Shown: positions 49,420-59,862, numbered from the stretch's first letter. The stretch: 64,000 nucleotides of DNA from Alphaproteobacteria bacterium (GCA_965214705.1 OZ243972.1:416001-480000); one strand, 5' to 3'. Notes: a model not told the origin generated them from the letters alone. Made by a program: numbers and translations.

Positions 49420-50661
49420 TCACGGTTTCCCCCTGTGGGTCGGCGGCACGGGCGGCGGGCCGCGCGTCGAGCGGGGCTCATGGCGGCGGCGGATTTCGCG
49501 GACGAGGCGCATGACGCCGCCGCAGTGGGGGCAGGCCACGGGCGCGGTGTCGATCACGGTCTCTTCGTCGGGCTCGGCCCGAGCGCCGCCCACGCTTTCC
49601 TCGGGGACGGCGCAGCCGAGGGCGCCGAGAGCGTGGCGTGCTCTCTCCAGCGTACTGGCGCGGCAGCCGTTGGCGAGGATGCCGAAGTAGCGGATGCGGT
49701 GCATGCCGTCCGGCAGGACGTGCATCAGGAAGCGGCGGATGAACTCGTCGGCGCTCACGGTGGCGATGCCGTAGCGCGGCTTTCTCTGCCCCGGCGCCTT
49801 CGGCTTGCGGTGGCGGAAGGAGACCGTCTCGCCGTCGAAGGAGACGATGCGGCTGTCGGAGATGGCGATTCTGTGAGTGTAGTGCGAGAGGTACCGGAAG
49901 ACCTGCTCAGGCCCGCGGAAGGGCCGCTTGGCGTAGACCACCCAGTCCCTGGCCCGGGCGGCGGCAAGCGTGGCGTGGAACTCGCCGGGATTGGCGAGGT
50001 GGGCGAGGGTGCCGTGGAACTCCAGGTCCCCCCGGCCGTGGGCGCGGGCGAGCTCCTCGAGGAAGAGGCGGCGGAACAGGCTGCCGAGGACCTTGACGGG
50101 GGCGAGGAAGGTGGTGCTCCCCGTCTTCCACTCGCCGCTGTCTACGTCGAAGCCCGCGTTGGGCACGACCACGTGCAGGTGCGGGTGGAAGCGGAGCTTC
50201 TGATCCCAGGTATGGAGGACCGCGGTGCCGCCGATGCGCATGCCGCCGTGGCGGGGATCGGCGGCGATGGTGCGCAGGGTCTCGGCCGTGGCCCGGAAGA
50301 GGATGTCGAACACCACCCTTCGGTTGCAGAAGGCAATGGCGGCGACCTCCTTGGGCAGGGTGAAGACCACATGGAAGTAGGGCACCGGCAGGATGTCCCC
50401 GGCGCGGGCCTCGCTCCAGAGGTTGGCGGCGAGACCCTGGCAGGTCGGGCAGTGGCGGTTGCGGCAGGAGTTGAAGAGCGGATGCTCGCGCCCGCAGCCC
50501 TCGCAGGCGTACATGTGGCCGCCGAGCACGGCGGTGCGGCACGCCTCGATGGCGCCCATGACCTTGAGCCGGGCGGCGTCGATGCGCCCTTTGTGGCGCT
50601 CACGGAAAGCGGCGCCGGCGCGGCGGAGGATCTCCGCCACGCCCGCGCGTTCGGCCTCCAC
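49420..50661 (-). CDS. IS91-family Y2 (HUH) transposase with Zn-binding N-terminus
   Basis: CRTAVLGGH, NSCRNRHCPTCQ, YFHVVFTLP, HPHLH, YLSHYTHR, FLMHVLP..RIRYFG. Confidence 0.93.
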   Translation of the reverse strand: MEAERAGVAEILRRAGAAFRERHKGRIDAARLKVMGAIEACRTAVLGGHMYACEGCGREHPLFNSCRNRHCPTCQGLAANLWSEARAGDILPVPYFHVVFTLPKEVAAIAFCNRRVVFDILFRATAETLRTIAADPRHGGMRIGGTAVLHTWDQKLRFHPHLHVVVPNAGFDVDSGEWKTGSTTFLAPVKVLGSLFRRLFLEELARAHGRGDLEFHGTLAHLANPGEFHATLAAARARDWVVYAKRPFRGPEQVFRYLSHYTHRIAISDSRIVSFDGETVSFRHRKPKAPGQRKPRYGIATVSADEFIRRFLMHVLPDGMHRIRYFGILANGCRASTLERARHALGALGCAVPEESVGGARAEPDEETVIDTAPVACPHCGGVMRLVREIRRRHEPRSTRGPPPVPPTHRGKP

Positions 50662-50667
50662 GCGCCG

Positions 50668-51546
50668 TCAGTTGCGCAACGCTGCGAAGCCTGAGATCGG
50701 GTGGTCGAGGCCCTCGAACATCTTGCCGGTGACGCGGGCGTAGTGACGGGTCGTGTTCGCGCTTCGATGGCCGAGCATGTCCCGGATCACCTCGATATCG
50801 CCGCCGCGCTCGAGGAGATGGGTCGCCGCCGAATGGCGCAGGCAATGGAAGGTGTAGCTGCGGTCGAGCTCGGCAATGTCGCGCGCCCTCCTGAAGGCGG
50901 CCTGCAAGGTCTCCGTTGCGATGGGCCTGTCGAGCGAGACGCCGTAGAAGAGCCAGCTCGTCGGACGCGGCCAGATGTTCCTGTAGTAGGCGCGCAAGTA
51001 GTGGATGACGCTGTCCGGCAACGGTGCCATTCTCTCGTGGCCACCTTTGCCGGAGGGGATGTGTAGCAGCTTCTTCTCCGACAGGATGTCGCCGACCTTG
51101 ATGGCCAAGGTCTCGGAGATGCGGAGCCCGCCGCCATAGCCGGTGACAATGGCAGCACGGTGGCGGAGGTCGGGCGTCGCAAGGATGAGGTGCTCGACCT
51201 CCTGCTCCGACATGTAGCGCGGCAGCTTGCCGGGCTTCTTGCGGGAGCGCAGGCCGGCGACATGGTCAGGCCAGCCGAGTGTGTCGATGTAGAGGAAGTT
51301 CAGCGCGGCGAAGGAGACGTTGGTCGTGCCCGGACTGAGCCCCTTGTCGATCCGCCCCAGGTACCACTGGCGCACCTGCTCGGCGTCGAGCTCGTCCGGC
51401 GAGGCGTCGTAGTACCTGGCCAGGTTCTTGATCTCGCAGATGTAGGCCTTGGACGTGCTCGCGGCCAGATTGGCGATGCGGAGCTGCTCCTCCATGCGCT
51501 GGCGAAGAGGGGTGACGGTGTTCGTGTCGCACGCGGTCTCGGTCAT
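50668..51546 (-). CDS. Tyrosine recombinase (integron-integrase-like N-terminal SAM domain)
   Basis: TPLRQRMEEQLRIANLAAST, YGGGLRISE, GKGGHER, HCLRHSAATHLLE, LGHRSANTTRHY. Confidence 0.9.
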   Translation of the reverse strand: MTETACDTNTVTPLRQRMEEQLRIANLAASTSKAYICEIKNLARYYDASPDELDAEQVRQWYLGRIDKGLSPGTTNVSFAALNFLYIDTLGWPDHVAGLRSRKKPGKLPRYMSEQEVEHLILATPDLRHRAAIVTGYGGGLRISETLAIKVGDILSEKKLLHIPSGKGGHERMAPLPDSVIHYLRAYYRNIWPRPTSWLFYGVSLDRPIATETLQAAFRRARDIAELDRSYTFHCLRHSAATHLLERGGDIEVIRDMLGHRSANTTRHYARVTGKMFEGLDHPISGFAALRN

Positions 51547-51910
51547 GATCGATCTCCCTGGATCGCGACGGCGCGCCGCCGGACCGATCCGGCGACGGTC
51601 CGTCGCAGGGATCGATGCTAACCACTGGTGATCGGGAGGCTGCCGGGGATCCGCCACTCGACGGGCGGAGCGCCACCGACGCAACCGGGAAGCGAACGCA
51701 CAGGGCAAACGGCACCCGCGACGCCTCGGAAATGAATGAACTCTACGCCGCTAACTCCGCGTAGCGGCTTCGTTCAAACCGCGTCCGGCGGCCAGGATCG
51801 AGGGGCGAGACCGGTCCGCGTCGGCAAATGGCGGATCGTCTCGCCCCTCTCGTAGTCGGCGCAGGGAGATCGCGGGGGCCGGCGCTCAGCGTCAAACGAG
51901 CGCGGGACGG

Positions 51911-52255
51911 CTAGACGAGCTTGATGAGCGCGACGATAAGAGCCACCGCGCCCACCATCATCGCACCAAGGCGAATGGTCATGCGCTGCTCGAGCTCGCG
52001 CATCTCGCTTCGCACTGCCTTGATGTCGCCCCGTAGCGCGGTCTCGGTCTTCTCAAGGTCGCCCCGCAGCGCGGTCTCGGTCTTCTCAAGGTCGCCCCGC
52101 AGCACCTCAAGGTCGGCCTTGGTGGCCAGGGTCTCGCCCATGCCTTCGGCGAAGGTGTCGACGAGGATCGCGGCCTGCTTCTCGTCGAAGCCGCCTTCGT
52201 CGCGCAGCTTGCGCGCCGCCCTGAGCGTGTCGAACGCCACCATCATGACGCTCAT
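51911..52255 (-). CDS. DUF1640/CCDC90-like coiled-coil protein with C-terminal TM
   Basis: AFDTLRAARKLRDEGGFDEKQA..LATKADL; 33-bp tandem repeat encoding LRGDLEKTETA; TIRLGAMMVGAVALIVAL. Confidence 0.85.
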   Translation of the reverse strand: MSVMMVAFDTLRAARKLRDEGGFDEKQAAILVDTFAEGMGETLATKADLEVLRGDLEKTETALRGDLEKTETALRGDIKAVRSEMRELEQRMTIRLGAMMVGAVALIVALIKLV

Positions 52256-53061
52256 CCTATCGCCGTCGCCGGCGGACGCAACCGCACGCACGCCACCATG
52301 CGCGCAGCGCACGTCGTCGCTCCGGCGCCGGTGTTTTGATTCCGGTTTCGGGGGCGCCGTCGGCGGGCTCGCGCGGCGTTCCGGCCCGAGTCGCTACGAG
52401 TCGCTACGCGGAGCTACGCTGGAGTTGGAATTCACTCGCTTCCGCAGTGATTACGGTGGGCGATTTCAGGAGCTGTCAGAGAGGGCTGATTAGGGAGCTA
52501 AGCGGCTGGATTGATGCAGGAAACTGAGGTTGTAGCCTTTATCCTGCGCCCAGGCTCTCCTTTGGTTCTAGGAGGCCTCAGCCCGAGGGCTCGCGTTGTC
52601 AAACCGTATGGCCGCCATCTTGGTCGTGACGACTCGGGAACTTAGCCGTACTCTAGCACTCCAGCACACGCTCACCAAGATGTCTACTCAGGGCAACGCA
52701 ACCTAGCTGAAACCCCGCCCGAAGGAAACAACTGACAAGCAATCCGTCCCTCGCTCCCGAGCCCATCAAAAGGCTTCCGCCTCCCTGTCGATGCAGCCCT
52801 CCCGCACATCAGCGACGCATCCTCCATGCCGCACAACGTGCCGTCCCCAAATAGCGCCACAACCGACGCGCCTTTGCAAGCCCAAAATCACACTCCGCAA
52901 TTCAAGTCCAGCCCCCGAGCCGCGACCGCCCTGCGTAGCCAATACGTCCGCAGCGTACCTGGACACCAGACCCTCCGAATTCGTCCGCCGGAAGCGCTCA
53001 TGCACCCCAAGCCCATAGCATGGCGGAAGCGTGCGCGGCAGCGCCGACCGTCCCGAGCGGC

Positions 53062-53424
53062 TCAGGCTTCGGAGGGAGCACTCCAGGCCGCGACCTTGCC
53101 GAGCCTCTCGGCAAGCCGGTCCTGTTCCCGTTCAAGGTCGTACTGACTCTGCAGGCCCATCCAGAACTCCGCCGAGTTACCGAAGAAGCGCGAGAACAGC
53201 AACGCCGTCTCCGCCGTGACCGAGCGCTCGCCGTGAACGATCGCATGAACGCGGCGGGGGTCGACGCCGACCGACCGCGCCAGCCGGTACTGGCTGATCT
53301 TCAGCGGAACCAGAAACTCGTCCCTCAGTATCTCCCCCGGGTGGATGGGAGGCAGCTTGCGACCCCGTCCCCGCGTCGACTTGCCCAGGTCCCTGCGCTC
53401 CTCGCCCGGCATCCGCCTCACCAT
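53062..53424 (-). CDS. higA: HigA antitoxin (Xre HTH)
   Basis: PIHPGEILRDEFL..SQYRLA..TAETALLFSRFFGNSAEFWMGLQSQYDL. Confidence 0.92.
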   Translation of the reverse strand: MVRRMPGEERRDLGKSTRGRGRKLPPIHPGEILRDEFLVPLKISQYRLARSVGVDPRRVHAIVHGERSVTAETALLFSRFFGNSAEFWMGLQSQYDLEREQDRLAERLGKVAAWSAPSEA

Positions 53425-53705
53425 CAGTGGTAGTCCACGATCTCGACGTCGTACGCGTCTCCCCGCCTCCAGGAGAAGCATATCCGCCAGCGATCGTTGA
53501 CCCGAATGCTGTACAAGCCCTTGCGCCCGCCCGATAGTGCTTCCAGCCGGTTTCCCGGAGGCACCCGCAGGTCGTTCAGACTTCTCGCGTTGTTCAGCAT
53601 CATCAGCTTCGCCTGTGCGCGCCGCTGGATGTCCGCAGGGAACCGCCTCACCCGCTCCCGCTTTGCGACCGCCGCGGTCCCAACGTCTTTGTAACTCTTG
53701 ATCAT
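53424..53705 (-). CDS. higB: HigB (RelE-fold) toxin
   Basis: DLRVPPGNRLEALSG..SIRVNDRWRICF..VEIVDYH; toxin gene upstream of antitoxin. Confidence 0.93.
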   Translation of the reverse strand: MIKSYKDVGTAAVAKRERVRRFPADIQRRAQAKLMMLNNARSLNDLRVPPGNRLEALSGGRKGLYSIRVNDRWRICFSWRRGDAYDVEIVDYH

Positions 53706-53798
53706 CTCGCAAATGGCACAACGCGCTAATAGCGTGTGGCGCCATATGATGTCAACCGGCGTCGCCGGCGCTCGAACGGCAAAGCCGACCGGTTGTGC

Positions 53799-54968
53799 TC
53801 ATGGCAGAATGTCCTCTCCGATGCTGGCCGCAACCAGCGCCGCCGACTCCTTAACTGAGTCTCGCGCCAGGTGGGCATAGCGTGCGGTGGTCTGGATCTT
53901 CTTGTGGCCGAGAAGCTTGCCGATCATCGTGAGGTCTTCGCCCAGCGCCAGTGCCCGCGACGCGAAGGAATGACGCAGGTCGTGAAGCCTGACGTCGTCC
54001 AGCCCGGCGCGCTCCCTGACCCGGTACCAGTAATCGGCGATGTGCGTCTGCCGCGCGCCAGGCTTGCGGCCCGCAATGACCCACGGATTGCCAGGGGGGC
54101 GGGGAATGCCCGCGAGAACCCGCGCCGCCGCCGGCGACAGCGGAACGACGCGAGGACCGGTCTTGCTGTCGCGCAACCGAATCTCGTTCCGCTCCAACGC
54201 CACGTCCTCCCACCGAAGCGTCAGCACCTCGCCGCAGCGGCACCCCGTCAGCATCAGAAGCCGGAGCGCCGCCGCCGCATGAACCGGAAGCCGGCCCCCA
54301 GTCTCCAGCTCGTCAAGGGCGTGCCCGAGGCGTCCAAACTCCTCCTCCGTCAGGAAGCGCTCCAGCCGCCGCGTCCGGTACGGCGTGACGAAGCGGCAGG
54401 GATTGCTTCCCGCCGAAACCAGTCCCCACGCCTCCGCACGGTTCAGCATCCGCGACAGAGCGCCCACCGTGTCGTTCGCCGCAACCGGCGTCTTGCGCAG
54501 ACGGTAGTGAAGCTCGGCTACGTGCTCACGGCCAACGGCGGCGATCGGCAACTTGCCCAGAGCGGGAAGAATGTGCCCGTCGATCATCTGGCGGTAGCCC
54601 TTCACCGTGAGCGGCTTGCAGCGGACCTCGACATGCTCTCGCAGATACCTCTCGGCGAGATCGGCCACCGTCGGCCCGTTCCCGACGCCCGGCTCTGACC
54701 CCGGCTCCTCGCCCGCCTTGATGCGGATCAGGAGCGCAGCACCCCGGCGCCGCGCCTCGTCCGCCGGGATCGTGCCGTGCCGGCCCACCGTGATCCGCTT
54801 CGAGCCTCTGGGGCCCCGACCCTGCACCAGGTATGTCTTCGCGCCGTTGGGATAGACCCGCACCCCGAAACCCGGAAGGTCCCGGTCCCAGTAGATGACC
54901 TCCTTGTCGCCTGCCCGCAGGCCGTCGACCACGCGGTTCGACAATGTCTTGCATTCCAGTCTCGCCAT
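53799..54968 (-). CDS. Tyrosine integrase with arm-binding domain (tandem pair B, gene 2)
   Basis: WDRDLPGFGVRVYPNG; TGCRCGEV; LHDLRHSFAS; LLGHKKIQTTARYAH. Confidence 0.92.
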   Translation of the reverse strand: MARLECKTLSNRVVDGLRAGDKEVIYWDRDLPGFGVRVYPNGAKTYLVQGRGPRGSKRITVGRHGTIPADEARRRGAALLIRIKAGEEPGSEPGVGNGPTVADLAERYLREHVEVRCKPLTVKGYRQMIDGHILPALGKLPIAAVGREHVAELHYRLRKTPVAANDTVGALSRMLNRAEAWGLVSAGSNPCRFVTPYRTRRLERFLTEEEFGRLGHALDELETGGRLPVHAAAALRLLMLTGCRCGEVLTLRWEDVALERNEIRLRDSKTGPRVVPLSPAAARVLAGIPRPPGNPWVIAGRKPGARQTHIADYWYRVRERAGLDDVRLHDLRHSFASRALALGEDLTMIGKLLGHKKIQTTARYAHLARDSVKESAALVAASIGEDILP

Positions 54969-54984
54969 GGCGGAATTCCCTTCC

Positions 54985-56202
54985 CTAAGCCGGCGTGACC
55001 GGCGTCGATTCACGACCGTCGGCATGGGCGCTCTCCGCCCGCAGGACGTCAGCTTCGATGCTGTCGCCCACACGGGCCACAGCAATCTTCTCCGCCTCGC
55101 GCGAGAGATGGGCGTAACGGGCGGTGCTGCCAATGTCCGTGTGGCCGAGAAGTCGGCCGATCATCGGAAGCGCGAGGCCCAGCGCCAGAGCCCGCGAAGC
55201 GAAGCTGTGACGGAGGTCGTGGATCCGCACGTCCTCCACCTCGGCCCGCTCCCGCACACGATGCCAGTAGGGCCTGAGATCCGACAGATGGCGATCGCGC
55301 CTCTTGCCCGAGAACACCCAGGGGCTCCGCCTGACCCGCACGATCCCCGCCAGCACCTGTAGAGCGGTGGGCGTCAGCGGCACCATGCGCGCTCCCGTCT
55401 TCGCGTCGCGCAGGCGAAACTCGCCGGACTTGCGGTCGATGTCGCTCCACTTCAGCGTCAGCACCTCTCCGACCCGGCACCCCGTCAGCATGATCAGGCG
55501 CAACGCCGGCGCAGCCCGCGCCTGCGCGGGACCCTCCGCCTCCAGCTCGCGCAGCGCCTGGCCAACCCGGCGGTACTCGTCCTCCGTCAGAAAGCGCTCG
55601 CGCCGGCCCTCCTTGTAACGCAGCACGAAACGGCACGGGTTGCCTCCCGGCGGCGCCTGGCCCCACGCCTCCGCCAGCGAAAATATCTTCGACAACACCA
55701 TCAGCGCCCGGTTCGCAGCCCGCGGCGTCTCGCGCAGACGGTAGTGAAATGCCGCAACCTCGGCCCGCCCGACGGAGGCCACCGCCATCGTGCCGAACGC
55801 GGGCAGGATGTGGTTCCTCAGAGAGCCCGCGTAGATCCCTTGCGTGTGCGCGTTGCAGCGCACCTTGACGTGGCCCTCCATGTAGCGCTCGGCCAGGTCG
55901 GCGACGGTGTGTGTGCGCTTGAGCGGCCTCGCCGAGGGGTCTTCGCCCTGCTTGATGCGGGCGATGGCGGCGGCGGCCTGCTTGCGCGCCTCCTCGGCGG
56001 TGATCGCTCCGTGTCGGCCGAGTGAGACCCGCTTGATGCCGTTCGGTCCCCGGCATTGGGTCACGTAAACCTTGCTGCCCGAGGGGTAGACCCTCACGCC
56101 GAAGCCCGGCAGTTCCCGGTCCCAGAACACGGCTTCCTTGCCCTCGACGGAGAGCCCATCGACGGATTGCTTCGAGATGGTCAGCTCGCCTCGTCTTGGC
56201 AT
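54985..56202 (-). CDS. Tyrosine integrase with arm-binding domain (tandem pair B, gene 1)
   Basis: WDRELPGFGVRVYPSG; TGCRVGEV; IHDLRHSFAS; LLGHTDIGSTARYAH. Confidence 0.92.
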   Translation of the reverse strand: MPRRGELTISKQSVDGLSVEGKEAVFWDRELPGFGVRVYPSGSKVYVTQCRGPNGIKRVSLGRHGAITAEEARKQAAAAIARIKQGEDPSARPLKRTHTVADLAERYMEGHVKVRCNAHTQGIYAGSLRNHILPAFGTMAVASVGRAEVAAFHYRLRETPRAANRALMVLSKIFSLAEAWGQAPPGGNPCRFVLRYKEGRRERFLTEDEYRRVGQALRELEAEGPAQARAAPALRLIMLTGCRVGEVLTLKWSDIDRKSGEFRLRDAKTGARMVPLTPTALQVLAGIVRVRRSPWVFSGKRRDRHLSDLRPYWHRVRERAEVEDVRIHDLRHSFASRALALGLALPMIGRLLGHTDIGSTARYAHLSREAEKIAVARVGDSIEADVLRAESAHADGRESTPVTPA

Positions 56203-56248
56203 CGGGCACCCCTCGAGTCGCGGTCGGATTCCGGGCCGGCGCGACTGT

Positions 56249-56278
56249 CGTAATCACCGTAATCACTTCGTAAGCCAC
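56249..56278. repeat. CGTAATCAC direct repeats upstream of integrase pair B (candidate arm sites)
   Basis: CGTAATCAC x2 plus CGTAAGCCAC. Inverted copy AGTGATTACGGTG at 52446-52458. Confidence 0.55.
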
Positions 56279-56477
56279 CGACATCCAACTCCGGCGTATT
56301 GAAGCGTAGGTTTGTCCGGTCGTCAAGTGTCGTCAGGGAGTGTTGTGGTCACATCAACTTATTGTTACGACAAGAAATACATCCTTTTGTCGTTCTCCAG
56401 CGTACCGGAGCGTGCCAGAGCGTAGCCCTGTCATGGACTAGCCAATTTGCGCCCAAACAAGAGGAGAGCCTCAAGTC

Positions 56478-57237
56478 ATGAAGAAGACGAAGCTGAAGAG
56501 CGGACTCGCCAGGAGCAGCGCGATTGCCCTCGTGTTGGCCGCACCCCTTGCGATCGCGGCATGCAACGGCGGCGATGTCTCCCAGGCGGAACTCGACGCG
56601 GAGAGGGAGGCGAGGCTGGCTGCGGAGGCCGAGGCTGAGAAGGCCAGGATGGAGGCCGAGCAGGCAGCGGCAGAGGAACGGGAGCGGGTCCTGACCGAGC
56701 AGGAGGCCAAGGACGTCCAACAGGCGATCGCGATCGCGGCCGCTGCGGTGGCCGCGCTGACCGATGAGTCCGACGACGATGCGATCGCGGCGGCGCTGGC
56801 TGCTGTTTCGGCCGCATCGGACGCGGTGCAGAATGCGGAGCGTCTGACCCAGGCGCAGATCGATATGTACACCTCGCAGGTCGTGATCGTCGGTCTTCGT
56901 CTTGCGGCGGCCGAGGCGAATATCGAGGCGGCGAGGAACCTGGCTCGCGCTGAGGAAGCCGAGGGCGACATCCAGGCGGTCGAGGATGCCAAGATGGCCG
57001 TTGCGACCGCCCTTACGGATCTTGGGGCGGCCCAGACGGCTAAAGCCGCCGCTCAGACTGCTCTCCAGGATGCCCTAGCCGCTCTCGATGCCGCTGCCGC
57101 GGCCTTGGGCACCACGGACGATCCCGAGGGTGAGGTCGCGGCGTTCACGAGCGCTCAGACTGCGCTAACGGCTGCGCAGGCGGACTACGCTGCCAAGACC
57201 GGTGCTTTGACGGCGGCGCAGCAGGCCCTTGAGGCGG
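56478..57237 (+). pseudogene. Ala-rich lipoprotein truncated by transposon copy 2
   Basis: Basic N-terminus plus lipobox LAIAAC; long Ala/Glu coiled coil running into the transposon end at 57238. Confidence 0.8.
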
Positions 57238-57509
57238 TGTTGTTTCGCACGCAATATGACGACGGCTTTGCCGGATTGATTTGAGCGCCGGAGGCGCGGA
57301 TTTCTCGGATAGATCCGGCTTTTCCGGATCGATGAGCAAGCTGCGACGACGCATATCCGTTCGCCCCTTGAGGGTTGAACGGATGGTTTGGTCCTGCTGG
57401 TTGGGACGAGGCTGCCCGCGACGCTCAGGGGCTTCAGGGGACGGGAACGAGCGGTGGCGGCACCATGGTCGGTGCCGGCCACTGCTGCGCCCTCGGCCGC
57501 GCGGGCGTC

Positions 57510-57731
57510 TCAGAACGGGGTATCCAACTCCGGGAACAGCGGCAGTTGTTCCCCGTCGTCGAGGGGCGGCGGGCAGTCGGGCTCGTAGTATCGCCTGATC
57601 TGGCCGGCGTACCTGGTTTCGACTGCCCTGCCGAGTTGGTAGAAGGCGTCGCCGAGTTCATGGAGGACGTCGCGGATCCTGGCGGCGGTCTCGTCGCTGA
57701 TCTCGTCGGGCAGGTCGATGACGATGCTCAT
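57510..57731 (-). CDS. Small hypothetical protein of the transposon
   Basis: Copy of 40899-41120. Confidence 0.7.
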   Translation of the reverse strand: MSIVIDLPDEISDETAARIRDVLHELGDAFYQLGRAVETRYAGQIRRYYEPDCPPPLDDGEQLPLFPELDTPF

Positions 57732-58528
57732 GGCCTGAGCTCGTCGAGGGCGTGCTGGAGGTGGTCGGCGTTGACGGTTCTTGCCTTGTCGAGGGCGGCG
57801 GCGGCCAGCGCGTAGTGCGCGATGCGGTTGATCTGGCGCGGCAGTCCGCGCGCACTCTGGAACAGGGCCTCGACGGCCGGCGCCTCGAAGAGCGGCAACT
57901 CGCACCCTGCAAGACGGAGGCGGTGCGTGAGATAGGCGTCGACCTCCTCTCGATCGAGGCCGGTGAGGTGGTGACGGACGACGAGGCGCTGGCTGAGGGA
58001 TTCGTGCACCGCCATGGACAGCCTGCGCCTGAGCTCGGTCAGGCCGACGAGGATGAGGCACATGCGCTGCTCCGCGTCCATGGCGAAGTTGGTGAGCAGG
58101 CGGAGGTCCTCAAGCACGTCGTTGCGCAGGTGGTGGGCCTCGTCGACGACGAGGACGGGCAGCTGCTTGGCCTCGTTCGCAAGCCGGGTGATCTCGGTCC
58201 TGATCGCATGGTGGGCCGAGGATCGCGAGCGCTCGACGGCGATGCCGATCTCCCATGCGATGGATTTGTACATGTCGAGCACGTTGCCGGTGGTCAGCGA
58301 GACGTAGTGGATGCGGTAGAGGCCCGGGTGGAGCTGGGCTGTGAGGTGGCGGCAGACGGTTGTCTTGCCGGAGCCCACCTCGCCGGTGAGCATGCCGATG
58401 CCGCGCAAGTCGATGAGGTGTCCGAGCCTGGCCTCGGCCTCGCGCCGCGCATTGGATTCGAAGAGCTCGTCGGTTTCTGCCGGGGTCTCGAAGGGCAGAC
58501 GGGTGAAGGCGAAGTGTCGCAGGTACAT
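57728..58528 (-). CDS. ExeA-like AAA+ ATPase
   Basis: Same protein as 40102-40902. Confidence 0.9.
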   Translation of the reverse strand: MYLRHFAFTRLPFETPAETDELFESNARREAEARLGHLIDLRGIGMLTGEVGSGKTTVCRHLTAQLHPGLYRIHYVSLTTGNVLDMYKSIAWEIGIAVERSRSSAHHAIRTEITRLANEAKQLPVLVVDEAHHLRNDVLEDLRLLTNFAMDAEQRMCLILVGLTELRRRLSMAVHESLSQRLVVRHHLTGLDREEVDAYLTHRLRLAGCELPLFEAPAVEALFQSARGLPRQINRIAHYALAAAALDKARTVNADHLQHALDELRP

Positions 58529-59862
58529 CAGTCGTCCTCCTGCTTCTTCCTGAGGTTCCGCATGGCCAGTGGCGAGGGCGGCGGCTCGGGCGCCGGGTCG
58601 TCGGTCTCGATCTGCTTGGAGCAGTGGCCGCGCTTCACTGCGGTATTTGCGTAGGCGTCGAGGCGGGTTGCCTTCCCGGCAGGCTTTCCGTCACAGACGA
58701 CGTCGAGGGGGCGCGACGGCGGCGCGTCGGGGTCGTAGCGCAAGGTGACGCTGCGGCCGACGAGGAGGGGATCGACCTCGTAGAGGCGGCCGTCCAGGCT
58801 GACGGTGCGGTCCTTCTGGACGCGCCGCCCGACCTCGAAGAGGAAGATCTCGTCAAGGTCGAGAGCGGGCTCGGGATAGCGCACGCCTGCGCCGGCCAGC
58901 GCCCACTGCTCGAGCGGCGTGCGCCCGTCCAGGCCGCGATGGGGGGAGTTGTGGTGCTCCCCCTCGATCCAGGCCCAGAGGCTGCGGTTGAGCGCCTCGA
59001 GGCTGTCCAGGGCCTCGGGCTCGAGGTGGGCCAGCCAGCCGGCCCGCAGTGTCCTGAAGAAGCGCTCGATCTTGCCCTTCCCGGCTGGCTGATAGGCCCT
59101 GGCGTGGATCAGCGCGATGCCGAGCTTCGCACAGACCAGGGCGAGCTGGCGGGAGCGGTAAGCGGCACCGTTGTCGACGTACAGGCGCGCTGCGAGGCCG
59201 CGCCGGACAAGGGCGTTCTTGAACACCGGCAGGAAGGCCTGGACGTTCTCGGCCAGGGCGAAGGCGGCAAAGGGGATGACGCGGGTGGCGTCGTCGATGA
59301 AGGCGATGAGGTAGGTCTTGCGCCGGCTGCGCCCGTGCCGGACCTTGGGCCCGTGCATGACGTCGCTCATCCACAGCTCGCCGGCTTCCTGGAAGGCGAA
59401 GCGGCGGCGGTCGGCACCGTCGGGCGGCTTCTTGTCGAACAGGCCCTCGCGGCTCAGCAGGCGGTGCACGGTGGACGGGGCGAGCGGATGATCGACACCG
59501 TCCTCGCGGGCTTTCTGGATGACCTTGCGCACCGACCATGCCGGGTTGTCGGTCTTCAGCTCGATAAGCTGCGCGGCGACCTCGGGCGGCAGCCGCCGGG
59601 GCTGCCCCCGGTCGGTGCGCGGCTTGGGGTAGAGCGCGTCGAAGCCGCCGTAGCGGTAGCGGTAGCGCTTGACCCAGCCCCGGATGGTGTTGGCGGCGAC
59701 ATGGGTCCGGTCGCTTCCGGGGATGGTGTAGGTCCGGCTGGCCTTGTCGCGCAGCTTCTCGCCGATGCCCTGCGCGCCCACCGGCAGATGCACCAGGTCG
59801 GCAATGACGGTGTATCGGAAGAGCGCGATCTCCTGGCGAAGGTCGTCGTCTGAGTTGTTCAT
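58528..59862 (-). CDS. DDE transposase (IS481/Mu-like)
   Basis: Same protein as 38768-40102. Confidence 0.9.
   Translation of the reverse strand: MNNSDDDLRQEIALFRYTVIADLVHLPVGAQGIGEKLRDKASRTYTIPGSDRTHVAANTIRGWVKRYRYRYGGFDALYPKPRTDRGQPRRLPPEVAAQLIELKTDNPAWSVRKVIQKAREDGVDHPLAPSTVHRLLSREGLFDKKPPDGADRRRFAFQEAGELWMSDVMHGPKVRHGRSRRKTYLIAFIDDATRVIPFAAFALAENVQAFLPVFKNALVRRGLAARLYVDNGAAYRSRQLALVCAKLGIALIHARAYQPAGKGKIERFFRTLRAGWLAHLEPEALDSLEALNRSLWAWIEGEHHNSPHRGLDGRTPLEQWALAGAGVRYPEPALDLDEIFLFEVGRRVQKDRTVSLDGRLYEVDPLLVGRSVTLRYDPDAPPSRPLDVVCDGKPAGKATRLDAYANTAVKRGHCSKQIETDDPAPEPPPSPLAMRNLRKKQEDD

Larger units (their letters stand above)
49158..51777 (-). mobile_element. IS91-like rolling-circle element with an associated tyrosine recombinase
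   Basis: Bounded by TTGAAC (49158) and GTTCAA (51777); integrase followed by a Y2 transposase. Confidence 0.85.

Noticed and set aside
52025-52103. 33-bp tandem repeat as a CRISPR array
   Set aside because: No spacers; it is an in-frame coiled-coil repeat within the DUF1640-like gene. No CRISPR array or cas genes were seen in the window.
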